Origin: Neoechinorhynchus agilis
Lineage: Eukaryota; Animalia; Acanthocephala
NCBI GenBank assembly: GCA_051530055.1
Contig: CM121342.1
Location: forward strand, 3,719,489 to 3,783,488
Direction: 5' to 3'
Length of the DNA: 64,000 nt
A model generated the notes under the pieces. It had not been told where the DNA came from, made no database searches, and saw nothing but the letters and a program-made list of their open reading frames with translations. The translations under genes were made by a program, and so were the position numbers. This document shows, in pieces, positions 25,513 to 38,075 of the stretch. Position 1 is the stretch's first letter, and each line of letters starts with the position of its first letter.

Positions 25513-26085
25513 ATAAACTTTACTTCTCTTTTCTGATTAGCGAGGTATTTTTCGGATTTTTTTCAAAAAACGAAGGAAAGGTTTCTTTTAAACGGAAAAC
25601 GTCCATTAACTTTACTTCTCTTTTCTGATTAGCGAGGTATTTTTCGGATTTTTTTCAAAAAACGAAGGAAAGGTTTCTTTTAAACGGAAAAGGTCTATAA
25701 ACTTTACTTCTCTTTTCTGATTAGCGAGGTATTTTTCGGATTTTTTTCAAAAAACGAAGGAAAGGTTTCTTTTAAACGGAAAACGTCCATTAACTTTACT
25801 TCTCTTTTCTGATTAGCGAGGTATTTTTCGGATTTTTTTCAAAAAACGAAGGAAAGGTTTCTTTTAAACGGAAAACGTCCATAAACTTTACTTCTCTTTT
25901 CTGATTAGCGAGGTATTTTTCGGATTTTTTTCAAAAAACGAAGGAAAGGTTTCTTTTAAACGGAAAACGTCCATTAACTTTACTTCTCTTTTCTGATTAG
26001 CGAGGTATTTTTCGGATTTTTTTCAAAAAACGAAGGAAAGGTTTCTTTTAAACGGAAAAGGTCCATAAACTTTACTTCTCTTCGC
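25513..26085. repeat. 92-bp tandem satellite (six units plus a partial)
   Basis: Unit starts at 25513, 25605, 25697, 25789, 25881, 25973 and 26065. Confidence 0.95.
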
Positions 26086-27000
26086 AAATTAGCAAGGTAT
26101 TTCTCAATTTTTTTCAAAATCGAAATTTACCAACCAGTGTCTTGTCAATTTATCTTTGCGACCATTCCAAAAACTTTATTCCTTTCACTTATTAGAAACT
26201 GTGGCGATTCTTTTAAAGCATAATATTGGGTGTAATTGATCTTAAAATGCTCTGTGTTTTTGAATTTTAATTTATTTTATCGTTTAAAGAAAAGAATTCA
26301 TTGATGGATTTTTAAATTTTAAACCAGTGTAGGAGGAACACGGTACAAAATGAATTCGTCGCTTATGTTTTTACTAATTTAAAATTTTTCAAAGAACATC
26401 GTGGGCTTTTAGGAAAGCGACAGTCAATACGACGAAGAGGAAAACAACCTCAGCAATATCGATCAACGTGAGTAGCAATTAAGACAATCTCTATCATATG
26501 ACTATTATTCAAAGCGGTTGAAGAAGATCATGTGTACAAAACAATTAAAGAAGCAACCAGAGTTGGAAAATTGGATCTCAAATATCATCGAGCTGCGGTG
26601 AGACAGGCGAGATTTGGAGGTTTGAACAATATCCACCATTCGCCCATTTATATTTTTGTTTTGTGATTGAGAAAATAGAGATTAGTTTTAGGATTATTGT
26701 TTAATAATTTTTTACGATTGAAGACGTTTTGGGATGAACCCCCACGAAGTTCATAGAACGTATTTAATCGAAAAAATTAGACAATAATCCTAATCAAATT
26801 GAGATTAATTTCTGTTAATTCGGACTTTTTCAGGTTGTAAAGGTTCTCAATCCGTACTTGAACAATTTTTTACAACCCAAAGAGGTCCTACGAAACGGAC
26901 GAAATATAGAATTAACACAAATTAATTTCTATTTTCTCAATGACAAAACAAAATATCCATCGACAACTTCTTTACAACATTCGCCTTTCTGTGCAACAAA

Positions 27001-28100
27001 ACGCTGCAATGATACAATTTGACGCAACAAGCCACGACAGCCCAATTACGTATTCGGACCACTCAAATACCGAGGAAACACCCAACGCTAAAGGGAAACC
27101 AGGCCTAAATTCTGTTCATCAAATCACTACTTTGAGACAAGCAATTTCATTTGCACGGCAAACACACGATCCTTATCCGATGCCACGACCTGTTGACGCT
27201 GCAATGATACAATTTGACGCAACAAGCCACGACAGCCCAACCACGACAGCCCAACTACGTATTCGGACCACTCAAATACCGAGGAAACGCCCAACGCTAA
27301 AGGGAAACCAGGCCTAAATTCTGTTCATCAAATCACTACTTTGAGACAAGCAATTTCATTTGCACGGCAAACACACGATCCTTATCCGATGCCACGACCT
27401 GTTGACGCTGCAATGATACAATTTGACGCAACAAGCCACGACAGCCCAATTACGTATTCGGACCACTCAAATACCGAGGAAACACCCAACGCTAAAGGGA
27501 AACCAGGCCTAAATTCTGTTCATCAAATCACTACTTTGAGACAAGCAATTTCATTTGCACGGCAAACACACGATCCTTATCCGATGCCACGACCTGTTGA
27601 CGCTGCAATGATACAATTTGACGCAACAAGCCACGACAGCCCAACTACGTATTCGGACCACTCAATACCGAGGAAACACCCAACGCTAAAGGGAAACCAG
27701 GCCTAAATTCTGTTCATCAAATCACTACTTTGAGACAAGCAATTTCATTTGCACGGCAAACACACGATCCTTATCCGATGCCACGACCTGTTGACGCTGC
27801 AATGATACAATTTGACGCAACAAGCCACGACAGCCCAACTACGTATTCGGACCACTCAAATACCGAGGAAACGCCCAACGCTAAAGGGAAACCAGGCCTA
27901 AATTCTGTTCATCAAATCACTACTTTGAGACAAGCAATTTCATTTGCACGGCAAACACACGATCCTTATCCGATGCCACGACCTGTTGACGCTGCAATGA
28001 TACAATTTGACGCAACAAGCCACGACAGCCCAACTACGTATTCGGACCACTCAAATACCGAGGAAACGCCCAACGCTAAAGGGAAACCAGGGAAACCAGG
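27001..28100 (+). repeat. 195-bp tandem array 3 (~5.6 units)
   Basis: Same unit; ends by running into CRE-like fragment 2. Confidence 0.95.
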
Positions 28101-29170
28101 CCATCCTCCAAAGTTTGTTTAACAAGACTCCTTTTCAATCACGAAATTGGGGAAATTGGGGGGGGGGGTTGCGCATAAAATGGGCTCGTCAAATCACGTC
28201 GTGGGGAACTGGTCAAATCCCGCAATCGCTTCAACCGGCAACACCAGAAAATCCGTCGACGCCCCCCGGTGACGCCGGCAGTCTTCCTTCCGCTGCTGAT
28301 CTCGTGCGTGTTAGGAAAATTCGGAGTCCTCTTGGACACGACTCTTTTCTTTCCCCAGACTTGTACTTTCCTCTGGCGACAGTTCGGAAGAGTCCCTCAC
28401 TGCGGTAATCAAAAGACGCCTCGTATCCTTTGAGGAAAGTTTCTTGAGCATTCGTCGTTTAGCAAAGAGGATTCCCAACAACGTGCGAATGAGACTAACT
28501 GCCATCGAACACTACTAGACCGCTTGCTGGGCGCGTATCTTCAAAACTCGCTGATGAGATGTTCTGGGAGCTGTCCATATTTTGTTCTCCTCTGATACAT
28601 TTGCAAGTGATTCGCCCTCCACACATTCAGGGTTTAAAGTTGAAGCATCCGCAAAGTTCAACCCAAAGTGAAACTTCTACATGTTCCGTCCCTCAAACAC
28701 TCCACTTCGACAGTTGAACTGAGAATGGCCATATCCTCCTTCGCCAATTGTTCTGGCCATAGTCTCGATGGGTTTGGTCCTCAGCATCTTAAAGGATATG
28801 ATGTCGCTCTCAGTTGGAGATGCAGGCCACTCCCTCGCTACCGATCTTCGACCTTTTTTCATCGAAGAAAATTTACATCCGCGGGCAATGTAGTTATTTT
28901 TTGGCGCATCTTTTTGTGCTTTGAACAAAATTACGGGTGGGATTCGTCCCATCGCCGTTGGCTCTGCTCTACGTCGGCTCGCTAGTAAAATCCTTTGCAA
29001 GCGTATTGCAGAAGGGATAAGGGCAGCAACTTTGCCCAGTCCAACTGGGATGCTGCACACCCTGCGGGTCCGAAGCCATTGTCCACGAACTCCGCCAGTT
29101 TATCGCCAATAGTTCAACGCCGTGTGTGATTTTCAAGTGCGACTTTACAAATGCCTTCAATTCCATTCAA
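28101..29170 (+). mobile_element. Degenerate 5' half of CRE-like retrotransposon, copy 2
   Basis: Near-identical to 10816-11870, including the truncation point. Confidence 0.85.
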
Positions 29171-29999
29171 CCGCTCTATTTGAGACACTCAGAAGGGGAG
29201 AGCGATGCCTCTTCTTCGTTGACGGCGGTGATTGTTTTGATCTTTTTGTTGCTGTGTTTGTTAATTGAGGAATTTAATAAATGGGTTACCCGGAAAAAAA
29301 TTCTAAGTTCTGTCTCTCGATTTTTCACCTCAAAACATCTCGACCAAGAACAAAAACTTGGAACCTTTATTTGTTTCCAGAAAATAGAAATTCTAGAAAA
29401 AGTTCACTACTTTCATAAATAGGATTCTCGATGAGCAGTCCTTCTTTCCTTAAAGAACACTCGCCGTCTGAACAGGAATATTGCCTTGGAAAAATATTGG
29501 AAACACTTCTGAAATTGTTTCCATAGTCAACGGGCGACATTTTATCCTCAAATTTCAAAGAAGGATAACGATGGCACTTTTTGTGCACCAAAAATCGCTA
29601 TCGATTTTGATAATAAAAGAAATCATTCGGCTCATCGTTTAATAGATTTGAATTTTCGATTTTATCTTCTCATTTCGCCAAGGGCATTTTATCAGCAAAA
29701 TACAAATTATCCGTTTGGTCCGAACGAAAACGTCTATCTTCCTACAAATAAGGATTTCAATTCGATTTGAGACACTCAAAAATCACTCACCAGAAGGGGA
29801 GAGCGATCCTCTTCCTTGACGGCGGTGATTGTTTTGATCGTTCTGTTTTGTTAAAATAACGAAGATAATTAATTAAAAAATACATTAATTCTAAGTTCTG
29901 TCTCTCGATTTTTCACCTCAAAACATCTCGACCAAGAAAAAAACTTGGAATCTTTATTTGTTTCCAGAAAATAGAAATTCTAGAAAAAGGTCACCACTT

Positions 30000-31184
30000 T
30001 CATAAATAGGATTCTCGATGAGCAGTCCTTCTTTCCTTAATTTCGTTCGCCGTCCGAACAGGAATATTGCCTTGGAAAAATATTGGAAACACTTCTGAAA
30101 TATTAATTTCCCGGTCGACATGAACGTGTCTTTGTGCCCTTTCCAAAGATCCAATCATTGATAGCATAGAAAACGATATCCTGTAAGCATCGATTAGACA
30201 GACATCATCGATCGTTGCAACTTCGATATCTTCTCCAGTTGAATCTTTGATAGCTAATCGTTCGGTTTCCTGCATAAGAAGGAAGTTTATCTCCTTTGGT
30301 GTTCGACTTCTCATTCTCGGACCAAGCAGAGCAGCGAATGGTGATTTCGACGGTTTCTTCATCGATACCATCGACAGAACTTCTAATATCGATTTGTTTC
30401 TCGCTTCGTAATTGGACAAGAGACCAGCAATATTCTCACCGACGTATTTCAAAGCCTTAACGGGATCGTGATTCTCAGTCATCATATCTAACAATTCTTG
30501 AATGCAAAGAAAACATTTGACTTGATCGTTCCGTTCCACGAGATTGTCCCATCTCTCATTTATCAACTTTCTGGCTTCGTCGCATCGTTTTTCCTCTATT
30601 AATTTCATTACTTCTCCTCGTTTCTTAACAAAGTCCAGCGCTAAAGTTGGATCTTTGAAATTTAACTGAGGAAAATCCGAGTAGGACAAATGCTTGGCTT
30701 CTTTAAAGATGGCTTCCAATGGTTCATGAAAACCTCTAACGATCATATAATTAACCGACATAATGTCCGCGGAATTATGAGTTCTCCATTTCTCCATTAT
30801 CATTTTAACGTAGTCCTTGTAAAATGACTGCAATTTGCAATGAAAGAGATTCGAATACATTTCGTAAGATTCGGATTTTCGATACTCAATGAACTCAATT
30901 TCACATCGTCTTATACTCAAGAAGGTGAAAAATAAAAGGTTTGTTTCTTTGTAAACATTTACATGTCCAAATTTAGTAAGCATAGGTAAATTCCGTCTTA
31001 AATATTCGTGATTTCGATCATCGCCCTTCAAAGACAAATCTTTACTTGGTCTTCAATAAATCAATCACTAAGCCTTTTTGATCTAACAGTCACCAAGAAT
31101 ATGAAATCGGCACTTGATTGCAAATAAATTGATTGTTGATCTTATTTTTTCCGATGCAAGGCAATGACAAGATAAAGTTTGCAT
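30000..31184 (-). CDS. GID8-like: GID8/TWA1-like protein, copy 3
   Basis: Intact 345-aa exon, with a putative ATG exon starting at 31184 and a 54-nt intron. Confidence 0.8.
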
Positions 31185-32214
31185 TTAAATCGTATAATCG
31201 ATTAATTCGGATTTGAGATATCTTTGGAATTTAGATCAGAATGCGTTCTTTTTTCATTTATGTTTTGCATTTTGTTCGAATTTGCATTTTGAGCGTCCTA
31301 AATTTCAAAGCAACGAGCGCCGATTGTACTTTGGGTGCTTCAAAAAATCTACCTCCGATAAAATTAAAATTTAATGAACTTCCTCTAAGAATCGCGTTAT
31401 GCAGTACGCAATCCAATCTTCCACATTTTCTTCAAAGAACTTTCTTGCTGTTTCCAAATCACAATCGAATCCGTTTTCTAGGAAATAAATTTGCGGACGC
31501 TTAAGCGTCCTTAAAGTCTAAAAGATAAATAGGCCGCGTGGATCTTTCTAAAACGACGAAATATTTCCAGGCGATCTTAATTATATCGGCCGATGGGCCA
31601 ACAAAAGTTGTTTGCCCGAGATTCATAACTATCGAGATTATCCGGAAATTCCAACGGCTAATTTGTTGATTCAAGGATCTCATTCATCGAAGGAGAGAGA
31701 CGTAGAAGCGACATCGACGTTTCAGGGGAAGAAGTTTTAGTGTAGCGAAGGAAAGAGACGTTAAAAGGAAGGATTCCGTTTTCTGGGTACAAAGCTTACT
31801 AGAAATTTTTCTTCGGAAACAGTAAGTATCGACGAACGGTCGAAGCCCAATGACGATCGATGCTGCTTTTTGGTGGCTCAGAGGGCGTTTAAAAACAAAA
31901 GACAAATTTTTTCATTTGAGCAATGAAATTAAATCCTAAGGATTCGGGCGGAAAACGCGTTTTGTTCATAGGATTTAAAAAGTTTTCGGAATCAACTTGA
32001 CAAGTTGAAAAAACGCTTCTTTTGCCGCTCCATTCGTGATCGTTAACTCGATCCACATTTCAATTTTAAGCAGTGAAGTGAGACGAAGTGGAGTTTAACA
32101 AGGGTCCCAAGAAAGTTTGATAATTTAGTAGAAAACAATCCGAACGAAGAAAACGATGCTGGTAAAAATCGATCAAAAATTATGATACTTCAAGGGCCAC
32201 GAACAGATAATAAC

Positions 32215-33619
32215 AGCACGTTTATTGGTAATAAATACAGAATATAAACTATCGATGAAAATACAGAATATTATCCATGTAACTTTGGGTCCTCAGAAGC
32301 ACTCCAGTTCAGAGTTATTCAAAAAAGCGTATTCGTTAGGGTGAGAATATCAGGTCGGAGGGATGCCCATTTGGATGAGAATATGTCTGCTCGTTTAAGA
32401 ATATCCGGTTGGAAGGTCCGTTCTTGTGGGCGAATTGGTGGTTATTGTTTGGAGGAGCGCTTTTAAGGTTGGTCTTTCCTCAGGTTCATTTTCGGGTTAT
32501 GATATTCGAGAGAAGATTGGGCAGCATGGAAAAGGAGCGTTGGTATAGGGAGGTTCGAGGTTGAGGGCGGATGAAAGAAATTGTGAGATTTGATTGTTTT
32601 ATGAAAATGGCATCAAGGCATTCGGTGAGAGGGGGAAAGTCAGTTTTGCAAATTTTAGATGCTCTTTTATGAAACATTTCAAGACGACGGATTTGAGATT
32701 TGGATGGTTGCAAAAGACGGGATAACCGTAGGTGAGGGAGGGTAAAATAAAGCTGAAGCAAAATTTGTAGAGATCGGGTGAAGGGATTCCTAAATGTCGG
32801 AGGCGTTTGAGGAGATAAATTTTAAAGGTATTGTGCTTGAGGGAAACAGTGATGTGCTAGTCCCATTTCAAGTTTGATTGAAATTGGAGACCCAGAATTC
32901 TTAGGGAGGTGCTCGTAGGATGTCATTTAGAAGCTCGAGGGAGGATGTTGGGTTGAGGGAGAATGAAGGATCATTTCGAAGCATTTAGAGAAATTCAGGT
33001 GGAGTTTGTGATTGGTGCAGAAATCTTTTACGTGTGTGATTTCGTTAGAGTTAAAAAAAGGGAGAGGTGGGCTGGTGAATGGGTAATGAGGGGTGTAGCT
33101 CGGTGGAGCCTATTATGAGATCGTCGGCATAGAAGAAGAGTTTAGAGTGAGAGGAGAGAGGTTTGAGGTCGTTTAGAAAATATTAAAGAGAAGTGGTGAC
33201 AGCACAGCACCTTGAGGTACGCCTTTGGTGAGGATAGGCTGATCGAGGAGGTAGAACGGCAGTGAATGTATTGTTTGCGATTGTGAAGATAAGATTCGAG
33301 CCAGCGGATCTGCCACAAGTTAAGACCAAAATCGGAGAAGGCACGGAGAAGGAGTGAATGGTCCACGGAGTCGAATGCTTTCGATAAATCCAGTTGAATG
33401 AGACGGGTGACGATGGGGGGATTATTGTCGAGGTTTCGTAGGAGCGTGTCATAAATGCAAAGTAGGCGTCGGTTGCAGAAAATTTGGGTCGGAAGCGCCA
33501 TTGTAAGAGCGATAACTTTTCGTTGAGAAGTGGAAGAAGGCGAGATTTAAAGCATTTTTCGATGATTTTTTAAATAAGGGGTAGAATGGATATTGGACAC
33601 AATGATTCTGCGGAAATAG
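32215..33619 (-). mobile_element. Degenerate LINE RT remnant, copy 2
   Basis: Duplicate of 14319-15699; reads QLDLSKAFDSVDHSLLLRA. Confidence 0.85.
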
Positions 33620-33874
33620 TTTCAAATTCCAATTTACAAATTTCTATTGTCCATAATCGTGAACTCATTATATCGCTTCCAAAATTCCATTCTGATCGAT
33701 TTGAAAGAAGTTTTGCCTTTTATTAATATGCAGAAGAACTCGACTGGAAAACTTGTGGGTTCGAGTTAACGATATTCCATTCATAGGGTCGTTTGAGAGG
33801 CGATCGAGCTCATCCACGATTTTCCGATCGAAATTCTTCCAATTGTCCCAATATCTTGTAGATTTTTCGACTTA

Positions 33875-34170
33875 ATGAAAGCTTCTTTAAGAACCGCAGA
33901 TACAATCTTCGCTCTCGCTTCTGGCCCATTACCAAGCGCCATTGCAGTTGTCCGTGTATCCGGTCCAGATTCCCTCAACATTTTTAAGCAAATAGCCGGT
34001 TCGTTACCAAGATCACCACGTTTGATGTCCTACAGAAATTTCGTGGATCCACAATCACATGAACTAATCGATAAAGGATTATCGGTCTACTTCAAATGTG
34101 AGTATCGATAATAAAGTGTAAAAAATCGACTAGAAACATTGGAAGCTCCCAATAGCTACACCGGAGAAGT
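33875..34170 (+). pseudogene. GTPBP3: N-terminal fragment of an MnmE/GTPBP3 tRNA-modification GTPase
   Basis: DTIFALASG..SAIAVVRVSGP..LIDKGLSVYFK, then a GTGAGT intron, then PNSYTGE. No further homology is seen before the converging PPAN 3' end. Confidence 0.75.
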
Positions 34171-34280
34171 GACTGCGATGAATTCTAGATCGGGGTTTTG
34201 TAGAGAGCTTGATAGATACTGAAAAGTTACCGGCTGGCCAGACTTCAAAAATAAAAAAAGATACAATTACTTCAAGAAAT

Positions 34281-35307
34281 TTATTCTTTTTCGTCCTCAT
34301 TCTTTTCTGGCTTTGAACGTTTCTTCTTTTTCCGTCTTATTTCCCTCTTTTCAAAATGAGGATACAACATATTACCCGTACATACTCCTTCCAAAATTTC
34401 AATCAAATTGAATGTGAGTCTTGGTCCCAACTCACTGAGCTTTATTTGAACATTTCCTTCTTTTATTATGCATTTTCCATCATCTTCGTCACTCTCCGAA
34501 CCCAAACCTCCTTCTGTCCGCAAAGCATCCTCTAAAGTCTCGAACTTTGAAAGATCGGGCAATGCTTTATTGTCTATCAATTTCTTAGAAATTCGATTAC
34601 AACCATGTGATATCGATCGATTGATTGAACTAAAATATAAAAGGAAAATCATTAAAATAACGTTAATACGCTTGAATCTCAACTTACTAATGTCGCATTT
34701 CGAATCGGTCATTTCCTTGATAACTCACAACGACACATCGCTTAAGTTCGTTAAACGCGATTTTTTGGATATTTATTGGCGGAAACGACCGTTGGAACAC
34801 TTTAGCGACCATTTGTATTTGTTTTAAATCTTCTGATCCACGAAATCCGCTGAGAATTAGTAGAGGTGGCGTTGTAAAGAGCTGTTGATTAATGTCCTTC
34901 TGTCTTAGAGAAGAAATTACTTCAGAGACGAGAGTGAATCGTTCAATTTTAAACGTTAAAGTGGGTCCTTTGGGAACTGTGACCAATTGAAATATTGGGT
35001 TGCTGGTTCGTCGAGTAATCGTCCAAATATGAGACACGTGAAATATCCCGGCAATCGCAAGAAAGTCGTCGATTGTATTTCGACGAGATTCACGAAGTCG
35101 TGTGGCTGTGTAGGGCTGTAGAACTTGTCTTATTTGTCGAGTTAATCGGCGAAGATTAAGGCCAACACTTTTGCTATATACAAATGTATGTGGAGCTCGT
35201 TTTATTTCTTCGGGTTCATAAAATCGGTCCTTTGCTGGTTTCAGAGATGTTTTTGTCCTATGAAGTTTTCGAGCTTTACTCGATTTTCTTCTTTGGAACT
35301 TTGCCAT
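34281..35307 (-). CDS. PPAN: Brix-domain protein Ssf1/Peter Pan (two exons)
   Basis: APHTFVY, IRQVLQPYTATRLRESRRNTIDDFLAIAG.FHVSH, PKGPTLTFKI..F.L, and LSELGPRLTFNLIEILEG. A 58-nt intron at 34687-34630 gives FEMRHY-SI. Confidence 0.92.
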
Positions 35308-35621
35308 CTCAAACAATAGAAGTTTCGATCTGCAGATTCGGATCTTTTATCGTGTAAAGTGCGGAAACGATTTGCGATGGCCTTTAGATCTTTTTCAAAA
35401 AAGTACCAACGAGCTTTGATGAGCTTTTAGAGTTTCTTTGCAGCTTAAAAAAGGCGACAAAGGTTCGCATCAACGTTAAATTTGCTATAAATTATCGTTC
35501 TAAAGGATTCGATCAAAATGATTTTGATCAGGAAAAATAATACGGAATGAGCGAGTAATCCGAATGGAGATGATGAGCCATTACGCAGGATAAACTAAAG
35601 CACTCGTCTATTTTCTTTAGC

Positions 35622-36041
35622 TCAGTTGCAATAAATTTTGAGATAATCAGGAACTTCTTCTTCTCTGATAACTGCAAAAAGGTCGACTAAGTAAAAAAAC
35701 CCATAAAAATCCATAATTTACCAGTATAGCGTTTTCGATAAAGGTTAGCGGCATAATAATTGTTCGCTTCGTCTTCTTTAAGTTGGTAGAAAGCTTTGGC
35801 GAGCACTAAAACGTTCAATAAACTCACGATCTTCTCAAAAAGAAAACTGACCTGCAACAGCGATCGGCAATGTCAGGACGATGTGTGGAACTGTTTTGAA
35901 CGCGTACCGAAATGGACTTATGCCAACTTTGAACCCAAAAAAAGCGTCAGAAAACCTTTTTTAGAAAAAGAACTCACGTAGTCGCCATGGACGATAAATG
36001 AGTCGTTTGTGAGCTACAAGACGTTTCTTAAGAATCTTCAT
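35622..36041 (-). CDS. NDUFA3: Small four-exon single-TM protein, NDUFA3-like (absent from the ORF track)
   Basis: Exons 36041-35978, 35926-35852, 35805-35722 and 35671-35622 are joined by 51-, 46- and 50-nt GT-AG introns. Product: MKIL..FRYAFKTVPHIVLTLPIAVAVLAKAFYQLKEDEANNYYAANLYRKRYTVIREEEVPDYLKIYCN*. Resemblance to insect NDUFA3 is from recall. Confidence 0.6.
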
Positions 36042-36512
36042 ATCTTGAAGTTTTGTTTAATTCGAGCGATCGTTAAAAATGAGAAAAACGTCCATGATCT
36101 CCACGAAGAATAGAGAAATATCCGGATAAAATTCCAAAGAAAAATTAATTTAAAGATTAGAATTATTGTTTAGTTCTACACCCGCGGTAAATGATTATTA
36201 AAGACGTTTCGAACTTCGTTTCGCCAATGAGATCATCAGACCTCAGTTTTTCTTCCGTTTTTTCTGGGAAGATCGGTCACAATCATCGCCGATTCTTTAA
36301 TCGATTTAATCGCGTATTTCTTGGTAGTGAAATCAAATGGAAGAAATTGCATTTCAGCTTTTATTCTTTATGTTTTAGTTTCTCGATTAAAGTTGTGCTT
36401 TAAAAAATCAAATTCTTTTTCTTTAGCGATTAGTTTTAAATTAAAATTCTATTTTAATAACTAATCGATTGGTTCCATTTCCCTCTTAATTTTTTCGAAG
36501 ATAAATTCATCA

Positions 36513-38075
36513 TTGGCACTACAAATGGATCCGTTCAATTTGCGAAAAATGTGTATGGATTTTTGTGTTCTTTGTTCCATCGATCGGATCGATCATCGAA
36601 TTGTTTCTTATGATCTAAAGAAGTGGCACGAATGCCTGAAATTTTCGGAACATCCGTCCACGACGAATCATTTGGTCACAATGTTAAAATGCATGAAAAA
36701 TGATCGGATTTTATATTTCTGTTCTAAAAACTATCTTTATAGAACAAAATTGGATTCTCTCAAGAAAATATCACCAACAGAATCGATCGGTCCGGTCGAA
36801 TGTAATATCGCAAGTTTTGACGTTAGTGACGATGAAGTATTTGTTGCTCTCGCACTTTGTTCAAAAATCGATCTATACTCACTGAATCAATCATTCAAGA
36901 ATAACGAAGATAAACTCAGCCTTAGTGGACACTTTTGCCAAGTGAAGAAAGTGATCTTTACAATCAATGGTCGATATCTGATCAGTTTCGGTGAAAATGA
37001 TCAAATTGTCATTGTTTGGGATACTCTTTTGTGCCTCAGGAACTCTACATCCGAACGACACTGGACTCTTTCAAGCGTTGATTGGGAATGTTCAATTTGT
37101 GATATCGATGCATCGGGAGATGTGTTCGTTATTCTGCTTCAAAGCGGTCAGACGGACTATTTCGTCGTTCAAATACTCGGATTTGTTTCGGGTTTTTTAA
37201 ATTGTGCCACAAAGTTGAAATTTTTTCTTTGAAACCTACAATCACAGTCGAGTTCATTTTTTTCGTTCAGTTTAAGAGTTTCATAGTTCATTTTTTGTTG
37301 TTGCTCGTTTGAGAACGAGAGTTGCAATCACTATAAATTCATTATCCGTTTGATTGTTCGATTTCTTTTTTATTTAAGGAAAAATCCTCAACCATTTGAC
37401 GTTTTGCTGCTCATGGATTTTGTTCCCCCCCTCCTAGAAATAAAAATCATTAAAGGAGCATCTCAAAATACTGAGGATTTGTTTGCAATTCTTTAAAACG
37501 AAATCAGACGTCGCAAGACTCAAATCTACGACATTTTCTCTAAATCCTGTGTTCAATCATTCGACTTTAATTTAAATGGTCCCACATGCATTCGAATCGT
37601 TTCATGTTCACTTATCTACATCGTAGCCGGCGATCAACTCGGTACATTGGAAATCGCTCACATCGATCCGGCAAACGGACAAGTAACTACATCGCGAATT
37701 GAAGCTCATCGTTCTGCAGTGAAAGCGATTTCACCAACAATGGAATCTTTTGTCATTTTGAGTGGATCTGATGATCAAACAATCAAACAGTGGAATGTTC
37801 GGACATTAACGCAAATCAACGTCGCTCAAACAGAAGGCTCCGTTATGCATCTTGATTGGTACTTTAAATCGAACGTGGATTCTCCCTACCAATTAAAAGG
37901 ACTTCCTTTTAAAAAATGCGAAAAACAACAAATTTCCTCCAATTCTCGTTTTATTTCACTCAAAGGAGCGAATGTGGATGATCTTCTGGATCTTTTTAAT
38001 GATAAAGACGATCCCGTGTTTGTGGAAGATGACAACAGCGAAGTGTCAATGAATGATGATGGCCGCGATGTGTAG
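36513..38075 (+). CDS. WD40-repeat protein (one or two genes; exon structure unresolved)
   Basis: LSGHFCQVKKVIFTINGRYLISFGENDQIVIVWD and AHRSAVKAIS..ILSGSDDQTIKQWNV, followed by an acidic tail. Confidence 0.75.

Larger units (their letters stand above)
19577..33619. repeat. Segmental duplication block, copy 2, expanded
   Basis: Colinear with 5686-15699. Adds a longer 195-bp array, the 92-bp satellite, ~900 bp of other sequence (26090-27000), a second 195-bp array and a partial GID8 3' duplication (29170-29770). Confidence 0.9.

Noticed and set aside
9784-28100. 195-bp or 92-bp arrays as CRISPR arrays
   Set aside because: The units are fully repeated with no unique spacers, there are no cas genes, and the context is eukaryotic.
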